DNA of 63,997 nt, counting the filler, from Salisapilia sapeloensis CBS 127946 (Eukaryota; Protista; Oomycota): NCBI GenBank assembly GCA_023334545.1. It is 12 parts of 12 records of this genome, joined end to end, with 100 filler letters (N's around TTAATTAATTAA, not from the genome) between each part and the next. Parts side by side here need not be neighbours in the genome. Positions count along the whole stretch, not along the records: positions 13,288 to 38,828 come from JAADVB010000248.1; 11 more parts are not named here. One strand, 5' to 3'. Each line of letters opens with the position of its first letter. Positions within the stretch are counted from its first letter, which is position 1. Made by a program: the position numbers and the translations under genes. Shown piece after piece: positions 23,431-34,410 of the stretch. The notes under the pieces were generated by a model that was not told where the DNA came from, made no database searches, and saw only the letters and a list, made by a program, of their open reading frames with translations.

Positions 23431-26400
23431 CTAGAGGTAGAGCGACGCAGCGAAGACAATGTCTCGTCGAAGCTTCTTTCCTCCTTCATCAAACTTCTTC
23501 TCAAGCTCCGTGTCACCAATTGTATGTGCCGCGAGCGTCAATTGCCGCAAGAGTTCATCCAATCGACGTAGACATCTGATGATGCTGCCTTCAAACGCTT
23601 CCGTCAGCTTCATCACTTGCGCGAACTTGGCGCCTTGACACCACGCGAGCACAACTTCCACTAGACTCGTGTTGAACGACTCGGCAAACTCCTCCGGGTC
23701 GATCGTAATCTTGGCATCAGCCATCACCTGCGCTACTCTCTTGGCCGTCTCCTTTAGCAGTCGCACGGCAGATTGGACAGCTTCATTCTCCGGCGGCTTC
23801 TCGTCCTCTGCTTTCTTCTCCTGATTGATGAGGACGCTCAAGAGCGCAACGGTCTCGTCGACACCGAGCTCATTGAACTGTCCAGTGAAAATCATTTCCG
23901 TCACGAGCAGCTCATGTGCCGTGGACACTTCACATGCCGTACGACCCTTGCGCTGGATGACGCCGTCGGTCGAGACAAAGTCCAGGCGTCGGAGCACACG
24001 TCGCCGTCGTCGCAAGTCGTCGCGCAAGACGAGGGACTTGGCCTCTTTGATCTGTCGCTCGAGCTCCCGCATCTTGGCCTCCGCCTCCATCTTCTGCACG
24101 TACAGTGCGAAGCGTGCTTCCTTGTCTTTCGCAGCATCAAACGGCGAAGCAGAGAGCTTGGCCTGCGCCTCGTCCATCTTGGACGTGACGGAGGACAATT
24201 CGTTGCCCTTGATGTTCAAGTCCGAGTCCGGGTCGAGGAGCGGAAGACCTTGTGGAAACCTCTTGATAGCTTCCTTGACTGCTTTCCCGACGGACTCGCG
24301 ACTCTTGCGTGTCTGTAAGTCCTTCGGGATGAAGACACGGAGCGACGAGATGTCGTCGAGCATGGCGAGCGGAACGGGGCAGATCTGCATCTCGTACTTG
24401 GTGTTGCTCGACCCGAGGCTGCCGACAGGAGCAGGCGTCGGAAGCTCCTTGTCGGTCGTTTTCTTGTCCGTGACGCAGTTCAGGAGGACGTGGACGGTCG
24501 TGTCTGCATTGGCAGACGTGACGTCCTTGCCCTTGGACGTCGTGTAGTTGACGATGACACCCCAGTCCCAGGATGGACTTCCTGGCGGCGTATACAGTTT
24601 GACGAGTCTCCCGCCGTTTAAGAATCGCACGACATGCTCAGGTCGATTGCGAATACTCAAGTACTCTTCCTTCATTTTCTCGAGCGACTTTTGTACAAAG
24701 TAGTACTCCGCTACTTGTGCTTCGTCTTTCACCTGGATCTTATCCTTCTCTTCCTTCTGTCGCTCGAGCTCCGCTTCGAGGCCTGGTGCCGACTGTTCAT
24801 TCTGAAATTGGTGGAACGACTGTTTGATCATGTACTCTGGATCAGCATCTTCGACTCGCAGAAGGTTCAGGAGCATGTTGTAGCCGAGGTGGAAGGTACT
24901 GTAGAGCGGGTCTGCTTGGCCATACAAGATGCCTTTCGCGACTTGAGGCTCCATTTGCTCCGACAGCATCTGGATGACGATACCTCGTGCATCCAACGAT
25001 CGTCGACCAGCACGTCCGGACATTTGAATGTATTCGCCAGAAGTGATCCAACGCATTTGTTTGCCATCAAACTTTTGGCAATTGGTGAAGACGACGGTCT
25101 TGGCAGGCATGTTAAGACCCATGGAGAAGGTTTCGGTGGCAAAGAGACACTTGAGCAGTCCTTCGCCAAACATGATTTCAATCACTTCTTTTAAAATAGG
25201 CAAGAGACCTCCGTGATGGATACCAATGCCTCGTTTCAAGAGAGGTAGGATGTCGTCGACTTGAGGTAAAGCCTTGTCTTCATCTGATAACGAGTCCATG
25301 GCGTTCTTAAAGACTTGCTCGACCATCTCCTTCTCTTCATCCGAGTTAAAGTCGAGCTTGGCGAGGTTGAGAGCATACGCTTCACACTCGCGTTTACTAA
25401 AGCTAAAGACGATGACAGGGTCGTATTGTCGCTCCATGACGAGCTTGACGATGCGAAAGACGTCGGATCCGATCTGTTGCTTGGGGTTCTTCTTCTTACG
25501 TTTATTACGCTGACTCTTACTCCCGGCAGCCATGACTTCCATGTCGTCTCCAGTCGACTGGAGACTCGAAATGGCTTTTTGGAAATTGTCTTCTCGGAAT
25601 TTTCCCTTTTCGTCTACGACGAGGTGGAGGCCGGAGCCACCGGCTGGGAAGATGTAGTGCTGCAGAGGCGTGGGACGGTAGTCTGTGTAGACGACGTGGC
25701 ACGGCTGATGATGGATATGGCAGATCCAGGATGCAAACTCTTTTGAGTTCGGGATCGTCGCGGAGAGGAAGGCGAAACGGACCTTGTGGGGAAGTAAGAT
25801 GATACTTTCTTCCCACACGACACCACGCTCCGAGTCTCTCATGTAGTGGATTTCATCGTAGATGACCCAAGCGACTTCTCGCATGACTTCCGAGCCTCGA
25901 TAGAGCATACTACGCAGGATCTCGGTCGTCATGATAAGACAAGTGGCGGATGGATTGATCGTAATGTCACCCGTCATTAGCCCGACGTCACCAAACTCTT
26001 GCTCCAAGTCACGATACTTTTGATTACTCAGAGCTTTAATAGGCGAAGTGTAGATGACTCGCTGTTTATCACGCAGCGACTTAGCCACAGCGTATTCGGC
26101 GACAGCAGTCTTACCTGCGGATGTATGAGCTGATACGAGTACACTTTCTCCACTTTCGATATAATCCACGGCAGCCTGCTGGAAAGGGTCTAGCTTGAAT
26201 GGGTATGTCTTGGCCGGAGGTGTATCAGGGTCCTTGGTGTTCTTCGCGGCCTCGGCGGCTGCATCGTAGTTAGGCGGATAGACCGAGAAGGAGATGAGGT
26301 TTTTCTGCTGCGTTCCTGTGGCAACCACACCTGGCTTGTCTGTACCTGTAGCTTCATTATCCACCGGTGTGGGGTCAATATGCTGACGCTGGACGACTTG

Positions 26401-26577
26401 GACGTTGGTGGAGCTCGGAGCACCATCCGCCGCGGGTGTCTGATCCTGCTTTTTTTTCGGTGGTTCTGCCTCCGATTGGTCTGCAGCCGGTCGTTTTGCT
26501 GCAGAAGCTACTTCGGAGGTTGGAAGCGTCTCGGATGAGTCAAATGCCCCAAAGAGGTCCAAGTCTTCGTCCGCCAT
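23431..26577 (-). CDS. MTR4: Exosome-associated Ski2-like RNA helicase MTR4
   Basis: Motifs AHTSAGKT, DEIHYMRD, LSATIPN, FATETFSMGLNMPA and QMSGRAGRR, an arch/KOW insert, and C-terminal RRDIVFAASLYL. ATG at 26577. Confidence 0.97.
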   Translation of the reverse strand: MADEDLDLFGAFDSSETLPTSEVASAAKRPAADQSEAEPPKKKQDQTPAADGAPSSTNVQVVQRQHIDPTPVDNEATGTDKPGVVATGTQQKNLISFSVYPPNYDAAAEAAKNTKDPDTPPAKTYPFKLDPFQQAAVDYIESGESVLVSAHTSAGKTAVAEYAVAKSLRDKQRVIYTSPIKALSNQKYRDLEQEFGDVGLMTGDITINPSATCLIMTTEILRSMLYRGSEVMREVAWVIYDEIHYMRDSERGVVWEESIILLPHKVRFAFLSATIPNSKEFASWICHIHHQPCHVVYTDYRPTPLQHYIFPAGGSGLHLVVDEKGKFREDNFQKAISSLQSTGDDMEVMAAGSKSQRNKRKKKNPKQQIGSDVFRIVKLVMERQYDPVIVFSFSKRECEAYALNLAKLDFNSDEEKEMVEQVFKNAMDSLSDEDKALPQVDDILPLLKRGIGIHHGGLLPILKEVIEIMFGEGLLKCLFATETFSMGLNMPAKTVVFTNCQKFDGKQMRWITSGEYIQMSGRAGRRSLDARGIVIQMLSEQMEPQVAKGILYGQADPLYSTFHLGYNMLLNLLRVEDADPEYMIKQSFHQFQNEQSAPGLEAELERQKEEKDKIQVKDEAQVAEYYFVQKSLEKMKEEYLSIRNRPEHVVRFLNGGRLVKLYTPPGSPSWDWGVIVNYTTSKGKDVTSANADTTVHVLLNCVTDKKTTDKELPTPAPVGSLGSSNTKYEMQICPVPLAMLDDISSLRVFIPKDLQTRKSRESVGKAVKEAIKRFPQGLPLLDPDSDLNIKGNELSSVTSKMDEAQAKLSASPFDAAKDKEARFALYVQKMEAEAKMRELERQIKEAKSLVLRDDLRRRRRVLRRLDFVSTDGVIQRKGRTACEVSTAHELLVTEMIFTGQFNELGVDETVALLSVLINQEKKAEDEKPPENEAVQSAVRLLKETAKRVAQVMADAKITIDPEEFAESFNTSLVEVVLAWCQGAKFAQVMKLTEAFEGSIIRCLRRLDELLRQLTLAAHTIGDTELEKKFDEGGKKLRRDIVFAASLYL

Positions 26578-26780
26578 ACTACTGCGTCGATAGAAATCGT
26601 TTTGTTGGTGGAGATGCATGCTCTTTCATTCTGGATCAGTAGTAAATGTATATTATATTCTGATATTATACATAAAACGTAGGAATTGTAAATAAAATGT
26701 AGGCGTTACAGATAAAAGGAAGGAGTTAATGATTATTGAAGTTGGACAACAGTTGGCTACCTCCCATCAGTCGAAAAGAA

Positions 26781-27821
26781 ATGTCGAAGATTACGTACAA
26801 GTGCCCCCAAGTGACGGCACCGTTGCCGCTGGAGAGGCACGAGGGGTCGCCGTATGCCGCCGACAACCTATTCGCCAAGGAACATGTCCAACACGCTAAA
26901 GTTGCGACGGACATCTCGCTGTCGTATGTCGTCCATGAGGACCCGTTGGCATCTCGAAGTAGTATCGCGAGTGAGACCTCGAGCTCGACGATCGATGAGG
27001 CTCGACTCGTCCTTGTTATGGGCTACGGGTACACGCAGGAAGGCTTTGCACCTTTCATTGACTCGATCTTTCGCAAGTGGCAGCAGCAGCGGTCGGACAC
27101 GCCGCTCAAGATCCTTACACTGGATAATCGAGGCTGTGGTGGGAGTGACCGACCATGGGGACGATACACGACGGAGTTGATGGCGAGAGACACTCTTGCA
27201 TTGATGACGCACATTGAATGGGAGAAAGCTCATATCCTCGGTATATCTATGGGTGGCATGATCGCGATGGAGATGGCTGCACTAGCTCCCATCCGCATTC
27301 AATCTTTGACACTTGGCGTCACGACTCCGTCGAGGACCTTTGCTAGTTTCGACGTACTGAAGGCATTACTCCATACAATGCTGTGGCCGAATGCAGAAGC
27401 CGAGACGCTCATGATGCAATACTTGTATCCCGATACATTCCTCTCGACCGAGTTGGACGGCAAGACAGTTCGAGACGTGATCGCGAGGCAGCATGTGGAC
27501 GGTCCGCTGTCGAACAAAGGCATGACCTGGTCTGGAACGTTCGGTCAGACGGCTGCGCTCGTGACGCATAGCGTGTCGGACGCTCGATTAAAGCAGATCC
27601 AGGACGAAGGCTACCCAGTGCTCATCGTCGGCGCGATGAAGGATTGTCTCGTCCCGATCGACCGTGCGTTAAAATTGCATCAAGTGATGGACGGGCCGAA
27701 TGTCGAGACGGTCATCTACGAAGACGCTGGGCACGCGATCTTTGTCCAGCATATGGAGGAGATGGCGCAGGACTTGATAGACACGATAGGACGTGCTGGT
27801 AAGTGGACGACCCAAGCGTAG
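26781..27821 (+). CDS. Alpha/beta-hydrolase (serine hydrolase), paralog 1
   Basis: DNRGCGGSD, nucleophile elbow GISMGG, acid KD and histidine AGH. Confidence 0.9.
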   Translation: MSKITYKCPQVTAPLPLERHEGSPYAADNLFAKEHVQHAKVATDISLSYVVHEDPLASRSSIASETSSSTIDEARLVLVMGYGYTQEGFAPFIDSIFRKWQQQRSDTPLKILTLDNRGCGGSDRPWGRYTTELMARDTLALMTHIEWEKAHILGISMGGMIAMEMAALAPIRIQSLTLGVTTPSRTFASFDVLKALLHTMLWPNAEAETLMMQYLYPDTFLSTELDGKTVRDVIARQHVDGPLSNKGMTWSGTFGQTAALVTHSVSDARLKQIQDEGYPVLIVGAMKDCLVPIDRALKLHQVMDGPNVETVIYEDAGHAIFVQHMEEMAQDLIDTIGRAGKWTTQA

Positions 27822-27930
27822 TAGACAGCATGTGGATACTGGCTCGAGATTACAGTGGTTGGTAAAAGAATAAACAATGATGACGATGACGATGTCATGG
27901 GCGTTCGTAGGAGGCAAAATGGTCTTTTGA

Positions 27931-28935
27931 TTAGGATATATCTTGCTTAATGGATGTATTGTGATCAGAGGTGGATGAGGATGCATGGATCCATACATTG
28001 GCATCTCGTCTAGTAACGAAAGTCCACCAATTGAGGAGACATCCTCGAGTAAAAGGGGAATAGTCATAAGGTAGAGACTGGAGGTACGTGATCGATCGTC
28101 GTCGTCCGTGCTCCCATGACGTCTAGAAAGCATTTATTTAGGTGTATGCCTAGGATTGCTGCTAAAGGTAGGTACTTGGTTGGTTGAGATGAGGTAGGCT
28201 TGGTACAAGAGTAATAGTAAGCAGACGAGGAAGGCACAGAAGATGGGATACCACGCAAAGACATAGGCTATGTTGGCTCGAAACCACTCCTCGATCGTCG
28301 GCTGCCATGTAAACGCGGCGGACTCAGCTTTTAGCATGATCCAGCACTCTGTCGTTTGCAAGAACAAGAAGCGAATGAAAGCGTGCCGATTGTCTTCTCC
28401 GATGCAAGTGCCAGCACAGTCGCAGCTATCCTTTTGTATTTAGCTAAAACTCCATGATAGTATACAACGATGGGTTTACTGATGGTCATATTGTCGAACG
28501 CAACGGTTGCAGTCGTCACTGTGTCATGATACATGTAAGAGCAGGAGCGAAGGCGATGACGAGGGGAGGTTACCAGTGTTTTGCTCGTAATGGCTGTGTA
28601 ATATGGCATTTATCGCATTGATGTGTATCAGCAGTATCTAAAAGTTGTTGCACATCATCATTGCTGTTGTTTTCGATGGTCTTCGCAGAGTCGGAAGCTT
28701 GGATGGACTGCTCATCGAGTGGCTCAATGTACCCTGGAGAAGATATTTGGAGGAAGATGTACTGACATAAATTGGCAATTGCTACAGTAGCCAGTAGTAC
28801 TATTGTCGGTATTGACAGTACTTGCACGGATAGAGTTCCGGCATACAAGGGAGCTGCATATCCATAGACATGAAGGCCGATCCACCATACTCGAGCCCAT
28901 CGCTTCCGGCGTTCTGCTTTTAGTGTCCGATTCAT
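27931..28935 (-). CDS. DHHC palmitoyltransferase (multi-exon; start codon uncertain)
   Basis: Spliced exons give CDKCHITQPLRAKHC-DDCNRCVRQYDHH-CDCAGTCIGEDN, TM helices and a C-terminal PFTRGCLLNWWTF. Stop TAA at 27931-27933. Confidence 0.88.
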
Positions 28936-29032
28936 GTCTGACAGATATACTGGACATGTTGTACTTTTTAACCAGTATCTTGTCCAGATAGATATGGCAT
29001 CGTTTGAATCTTCAAAAGTCGCAGTCAGGTAA

Positions 29033-31477
29033 ATGAGCTCTTGGATCGATCGATCCGCTTCATCAGGGAAGAGAGCCAAGTATGCTCACTTGACAATTGA
29101 TACGCACTTTTCAAAGCGTCCAAAAGGTTATTTTAATCCACACGACGTTCACAAGACAGATTATGCGTCTATGGATGTGCATAAGCCTACGCAATCGCCA
29201 GAATTGGACCGACAATGCTCATTTACCTGTCCTCGCAGCTCACTAAGTAGCATTGAGCTATTAAATAGCAGTATAGAAGACTTTTCTATACATCTTTCGT
29301 CAGAATTGCCAACGAATCAAGAAGATGAGGTGAATTACTGGTCTCCAAACTTCTACATGGATGATTGCAATGGACAAGCAAAGAACGATCCATTGTGTCA
29401 ATCCTTTTCATCTCTCTCCTCTCTATCAATATCTCCAAGTGAATCGCTCGAATCGCTAAGTCTCAGTTCTACATTTTCAAATGAAGAACTTGATAATATT
29501 CCCAGCACTAGTATCAAATTGGCACAGGGAAGCGCGACAGTTAGATTACCATCGATGGAAATGAAAGACAATGAATCTTCTGAATGGTCAAATGAGGGAA
29601 GCGTAGCGTCTCGCATTCGCAACTTGACAAGATACAGTCTTCCAGTTCGAAAACCGTACTTGGATTTAGATGCATTTGATAATACAAGTTTATCGTCTCT
29701 AAGCTCTTTGTCGTCAATGGACGACTATGTGCCAAGTCCAAAGTACGGCTGGAATATCAAGTTTATAGAGATGAAAGGATTGTTTGAGGCGTTTGTACCA
29801 GCAAAGTCTAGTGTCATCCTTCTCGTAGGATGGAATACTTCTAGTATCTGTACAGAATTATCACAGCAAGGATGGTCAGCAGTCTTTTGTGCCGAAGATA
29901 AATGGAGTAGACAAGATCAGCATTATAATTGTTCCGGAAGTTTATGGAGATATGATGCAGTACATAATACCATCCACTTTGATTCTATCTTTAGCAAAGG
30001 TTCTGATGAAATGGAGGTGGTGGAGACTGCCTTGCGCCGGTTGAAACCGGGAGGAGTTTGGATATGTATATTGTCCAAGGCAGAAAGTGAGAATCAAAAC
30101 ATAGTGTCCGTAACCTCAACGAGATGGATGAAGAGGCAAATGATATTTCTTGACAGCTATCACTTGGGCGTTCCGGAGAAGGGAAGTAAAAGTCTAGAAG
30201 CGCCCTTTGTTGCCCAAGTCTACCGACGGAAAGAGAGTTTGCAAGAGCGTATACAACGTTTAGAACAAGAGAAAGCTGCTTCAGATGCACGGATCATCAC
30301 TACGATTCAATCTTTGTCCGATGAGCCACTTGCATCCAAAACTCCTTCCAAGATCGTTCAGTTTGATCCAATTTCCTATGATAGGAATGGAGTACTAGAG
30401 TCAAGAGATCAAGAGACCAAAGCATCTCTCTCGGACAAAATAATAATCGCTAGAAAATGGATTTCTGGTAATGAAATAACAGATAAGGATGACAAGTGTC
30501 GTGAGCATGTAGAGGAAGCAAATGTAAAGAAGACAACTGTAGCAGAAGCTATTTTACCTAGGAAGGAGAAGACAATGGATGCATATCAACAGCCTACAGA
30601 GAATACTATAATATCAAAGGAGAACGAAACGAAAGCAGCTAAGGCTACTGTCATCAGTAATATTACATCACCGCTGCTAGTCCACAGCAAAGGCACTCCG
30701 ACGGAGAATGTGGATGATGATTTTGAGAAGTGGAATGAAGATGGGGATACGCTGGTCCCTCCAATGTTAGCTCCAGATAGCACACCGGATGAAGATGGCG
30801 CAGTCCACTCTGCAATTAGCTACATCCTATCACAAGTGCAGGAGATAGCAGAGGCGCCTAAAGTTACATCACACAAGACGGAGGATCAAGTAGATCGTAT
30901 GCCAATTGGTAGTGAAATTATTCGACACGAAAATCTGAATAGGAGTCCAAAGGAATCTCCAAAGAAGAGTTTAAATATCAGTGAGCACTCCATAGATGAT
31001 CGAACAATAAAGCCTGTATCCTCATGTGAGGAAACAGTCGAGGAGACTGACAATCTACACCAGTCCAGACCGCTGGTACCTGATGGTAACATGTTCATGA
31101 AGGCAGAGCAGATATTGCATACTGACGATACGAGTAAGGAAGAAGTAAGCACTGTGCAAGTACAAGAAAATGTCCGGGACATCGATGACGTGCGGATGTG
31201 CTTGTCTGAGATGATCACTCACATCGGAGCAAGTGGAAGCGCCAGTATTATCATAGATGACGATACTTTCGGCAGTGAAGCGCATTCAATAGTACACCAG
31301 CAACCGATTGAGACGGCTGATAAAGTATCGTATAAGAAGCAAGCTAATGCTGTATGTGATATTCCATCCAGCCAATCGACCTTCGACAACACTATAGCGC
31401 TCTCGCCAGAGATAGAAACATGTCTCGGCTCCGTCGTGGATCAAGTGATTTCTACATTCGACATACCTGAAAATTAA
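29033..31477 (+). CDS. Large low-complexity protein with a degenerate METTL13/EEF1AKMT4-like methyltransferase domain
   Basis: 814-aa intronless ORF. The central segment YGW..F.E....F....K..VILLVGWNTS...EL...G...FDSIFSKG...ALRRLKPGGVWICI parallels class I methyltransferase motifs. Confidence 0.7.
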   Translation: MSSWIDRSASSGKRAKYAHLTIDTHFSKRPKGYFNPHDVHKTDYASMDVHKPTQSPELDRQCSFTCPRSSLSSIELLNSSIEDFSIHLSSELPTNQEDEVNYWSPNFYMDDCNGQAKNDPLCQSFSSLSSLSISPSESLESLSLSSTFSNEELDNIPSTSIKLAQGSATVRLPSMEMKDNESSEWSNEGSVASRIRNLTRYSLPVRKPYLDLDAFDNTSLSSLSSLSSMDDYVPSPKYGWNIKFIEMKGLFEAFVPAKSSVILLVGWNTSSICTELSQQGWSAVFCAEDKWSRQDQHYNCSGSLWRYDAVHNTIHFDSIFSKGSDEMEVVETALRRLKPGGVWICILSKAESENQNIVSVTSTRWMKRQMIFLDSYHLGVPEKGSKSLEAPFVAQVYRRKESLQERIQRLEQEKAASDARIITTIQSLSDEPLASKTPSKIVQFDPISYDRNGVLESRDQETKASLSDKIIIARKWISGNEITDKDDKCREHVEEANVKKTTVAEAILPRKEKTMDAYQQPTENTIISKENETKAAKATVISNITSPLLVHSKGTPTENVDDDFEKWNEDGDTLVPPMLAPDSTPDEDGAVHSAISYILSQVQEIAEAPKVTSHKTEDQVDRMPIGSEIIRHENLNRSPKESPKKSLNISEHSIDDRTIKPVSSCEETVEETDNLHQSRPLVPDGNMFMKAEQILHTDDTSKEEVSTVQVQENVRDIDDVRMCLSEMITHIGASGSASIIIDDDTFGSEAHSIVHQQPIETADKVSYKKQANAVCDIPSSQSTFDNTIALSPEIETCLGSVVDQVISTFDIPEN

Positions 31478-31576
31478 TCTGCTTAAGACAAGAACAAGAA
31501 CTTTAAATTGATCTGAACAAAGCAATTCATTGTGCACACTTTAGTCGTTTAAACCTGTACGTTGATGATAAGAGGC

Positions 31577-32629
31577 CTAGATGCGACTGTTTAATTTGTC
31601 CCCAGGACTCATCATCTCGACAATGTCCTGCGCAACTTCGTCCATGTTCTGGTTGTTGACGCCATGACCTGAATGCTCATAGATGACCGTGTGGACATTG
31701 TCACCGTCCATGACTTCATGGAAATGTAGTGCATTTGCCACAGAGATGCACGTGTCCTTGGCTCCACCGATGATCAGAATGGGGAATCCTTGCTCTTGGA
31801 TGGTCTTCAGTCGAGCGTCTGAAACGAAGTGTGATGCCAACGCCGACGTCTGACCGAGAAGTCCTGCCCAAGAGATAGGTTTAAACGCCCTCGCTTGGGA
31901 AACTTCTGACATGTGGAACCTTTTCACTTTGTCTCGGACGCTCTCTCCTTCCATTTCGATCGATAGGAACTCTTCTGGATAGATGAAAGACATGATGTCA
32001 TCCATGAGATTCGGACTTTTCGGTCTTAACGTGAGCTTCATGAGCGTTTGGACACTCTGGAGTCCAGGAAGGAATAGACCTCTCGAGGTTACGCCTAGCG
32101 TTAGCGATTGGACGCGTTCAGGAGCGTGGTAAGCTAGCTCCTGGGCAATCATCCCGCCCATGGAAATCCCATAAATGTGTGCCTTCTCCCATCCGACATG
32201 GGACATTAGCGCAAGTGTGTCTTGCGCCATCATCTCCATCGTATACCATCCCCAAGGCTGGTCACTGTATCCGCAGCCTCGATTGTCCAGCGTGAGGATT
32301 TTGAGAGGAATATCAGATCGATGCTTTCGCCACGTTTGGAAGAGGGAATTGATACCAGGTGCCCATGCCTCTTGCGCTCCACTGAACCCCATGAGTAGAA
32401 CGATCCGAGCCTCCTCGTCCGTCCCGGTGGAAGGCTCCTTTGACATGCTATCTCCGGATGCTAAGGGGTCTTCGAGCACAGCATACGAGAGGGAGATGCC
32501 AGTGGACACCTGAGCTTGTTGGATGCGACCATTGGCAAAAATGTTTTTGGATGCATAGGGAGAGTTTATATGGCTCTCCAGAGGCAAGGGTGCCGTCACT
32601 TCTGGACACTTGTACGTGAGCTTGGACAT
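31577..32629 (-). CDS. Alpha/beta-hydrolase, paralog 2 (inverted relative to paralog 1)
   Basis: Starts MSKLTYKCPEVTAPLPLE, nearly the same as paralog 1. Motifs DNRGCG, GISMGG, KD and SGH. Confidence 0.9.
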   Translation of the reverse strand: MSKLTYKCPEVTAPLPLESHINSPYASKNIFANGRIQQAQVSTGISLSYAVLEDPLASGDSMSKEPSTGTDEEARIVLLMGFSGAQEAWAPGINSLFQTWRKHRSDIPLKILTLDNRGCGYSDQPWGWYTMEMMAQDTLALMSHVGWEKAHIYGISMGGMIAQELAYHAPERVQSLTLGVTSRGLFLPGLQSVQTLMKLTLRPKSPNLMDDIMSFIYPEEFLSIEMEGESVRDKVKRFHMSEVSQARAFKPISWAGLLGQTSALASHFVSDARLKTIQEQGFPILIIGGAKDTCISVANALHFHEVMDGDNVHTVIYEHSGHGVNNQNMDEVAQDIVEMMSPGDKLNSRI

Positions 32630-32814
32630 GAAAGTACCTTGATCGAGGGAGTATGAAGTTGTGATGGGAACCTCCAAAATCTTATTCGATGACGTAATCG
32701 CTGAGTCATATATATTTTGTACCAATCATAGAACGTTTACTCCTGTCAAGTTGTGTTTCATCCAATCAGAGAGCAAGTGATCCTTTCGAGTTGTATTTCT
32801 ACCAAGGCGAAAGA

Positions 32815-34152
32815 ATGGCACAGCTCTTGAAGGCAGCAGGCAGAGGCGATCTCGAGAAGGTGATTGAGCTCAAGGACAAGTGGGATTTCCAGAACAAGAA
32901 GGGGGAGACTGGTGTGCAATCTTGCTTTATATTAAAATCTAGCTCTTAATTGTTTGGCATTGGATACGTAGTGCTGCATATCGCCGTGGCTGATGGCGAG
33001 CTGGAGATTGTCGAGTACTTGGTGAATCACGGCATTAACGTGAATGTCTACCAGAAGAAGAACAAATTTACGCCGGCAATGCTATGTTTGGCGCAGCAGC
33101 CACCACAGTATCTTGATATGTTCGAATTGCTGTTGAAAGCAAAGCCCAAGATGGATGCCAAAGACTCCAGTGGACAGACACTGCTTCATCTCGCAGCTCG
33201 TACGGCATGTATGCTACACCAGTTGATATGCCTGATTAAATATAGGAGGATAGAGTATGAAGATGAAGAGGCGATGGAACTGATTTTGCGTCATAAACCA
33301 ACGGTCGATGTGAAAGACAGCAAAGGCATGACAGCACTCCACATCGCATCTGCGAGAGCGAATGAGGAGATCATGTCGTTATTGGTAATCATGCCATGAA
33401 TCCTCTTCTGTATACGAAATCACTGACTTAATCGTAGATTGATCGCGGTCGCGCCAATGTCAACGTTGTCGACAGCAAAGGCAACTCGGCATTGTACAGC
33501 TTGTATATATCAACGTATAAGGATAAGTATTCAAGTCATGTACACATAGACATTGGGCATGTATCCAGAACTCGGAAACGTTGGAAAGAGCTCTTGCCAT
33601 CCTGATATCCAAGGTCGTTGCCGTTACCGTTTCCGTACGAATAGACAGCGTTGACATTTGTAATAGGGTGCAAAGCCACTGGCCAACGAAGATGGCGACA
33701 CACCGTTACACTTGGAGGCTCGCCATGGGGAGGATGGTTCATGGCCGACGCCTGCCGCCCATCAGTTGATGAAGGCATATCCGGATCTCGGGAACAAAAA
33801 GAATAAGAAAAACATGACTGCACAACAATTGTTCGAACAAGAGGAATCCGAAGATGAGGATGATGAAGAAGCAGCTAAGGAGCGGGAAAAGGAAGAAGAA
33901 CAGGAACGGATTGAAGCGAATAAAGCAAACGCTCGTGCAGGTAACTTTGTGTCGATACAATCGACAAGAAATACGAACTGACAAAAGTGTATAGCTGCGA
34001 TTGCACACTTTAAGAAGAAAGAGGAAGCCAAGTTGGAAGAAATTGAAGAGGCAGAGCAACAGAGTAATACCAACTGGTGGATTGGTGTCGCCATCGTTGT
34101 ACTCGCCATTATTCTATCCATCGTCTTCCAAGAGCCGTCGGTGGAAAACTAG
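32815..34152 (+). CDS. Ankyrin-repeat protein with an acidic coiled coil and a C-terminal TM anchor (multi-exon)
   Basis: Exons encode ankyrin motifs (GETVLHIAV, GQTLLHLAA, GMTALHIAS, GDTPLH). Ends NWWIGVAIVVLAIILSIVFQEPSVEN-stop. Exon boundaries are only partly resolved. Confidence 0.8.
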
Positions 34153-34410
34153 AGTAGCTTGCAGTAAAAGAACGGAAACATGCATTGCCTTTTAAAGCCG
34201 TGTCTTCAACGTCCCACTTTATGTCGACGCCCTAGACAGGATCTGATCCTGCTATCTGACCACTTACCACTGTCCACTTGATATTAATTGGTCGCGCGTA
34301 TAGCACCTTGCGGAAAGGGTGCCTAAATCAGCTGGTACTTGGTCAGACCTGACGTAAGTCAGTCGTCATGTCATTCCTACAAATCAGCAGGAGAGACATT
34401 CAGCTCAAGC

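Noticed and set aside
17831-25746. Long antisense ORFs over MSH6 and MTR4 (for example 17831-18655, 23825-24547, 24634-25194)
   Set aside because: These are shadow ORFs expected from GC3-rich codon usage on the opposite strand; they show no protein motifs.
4546-34410. GTG/TTG start codons in the ORF track
   Set aside because: The genome is eukaryotic, so I used the first plausible in-frame ATG instead.
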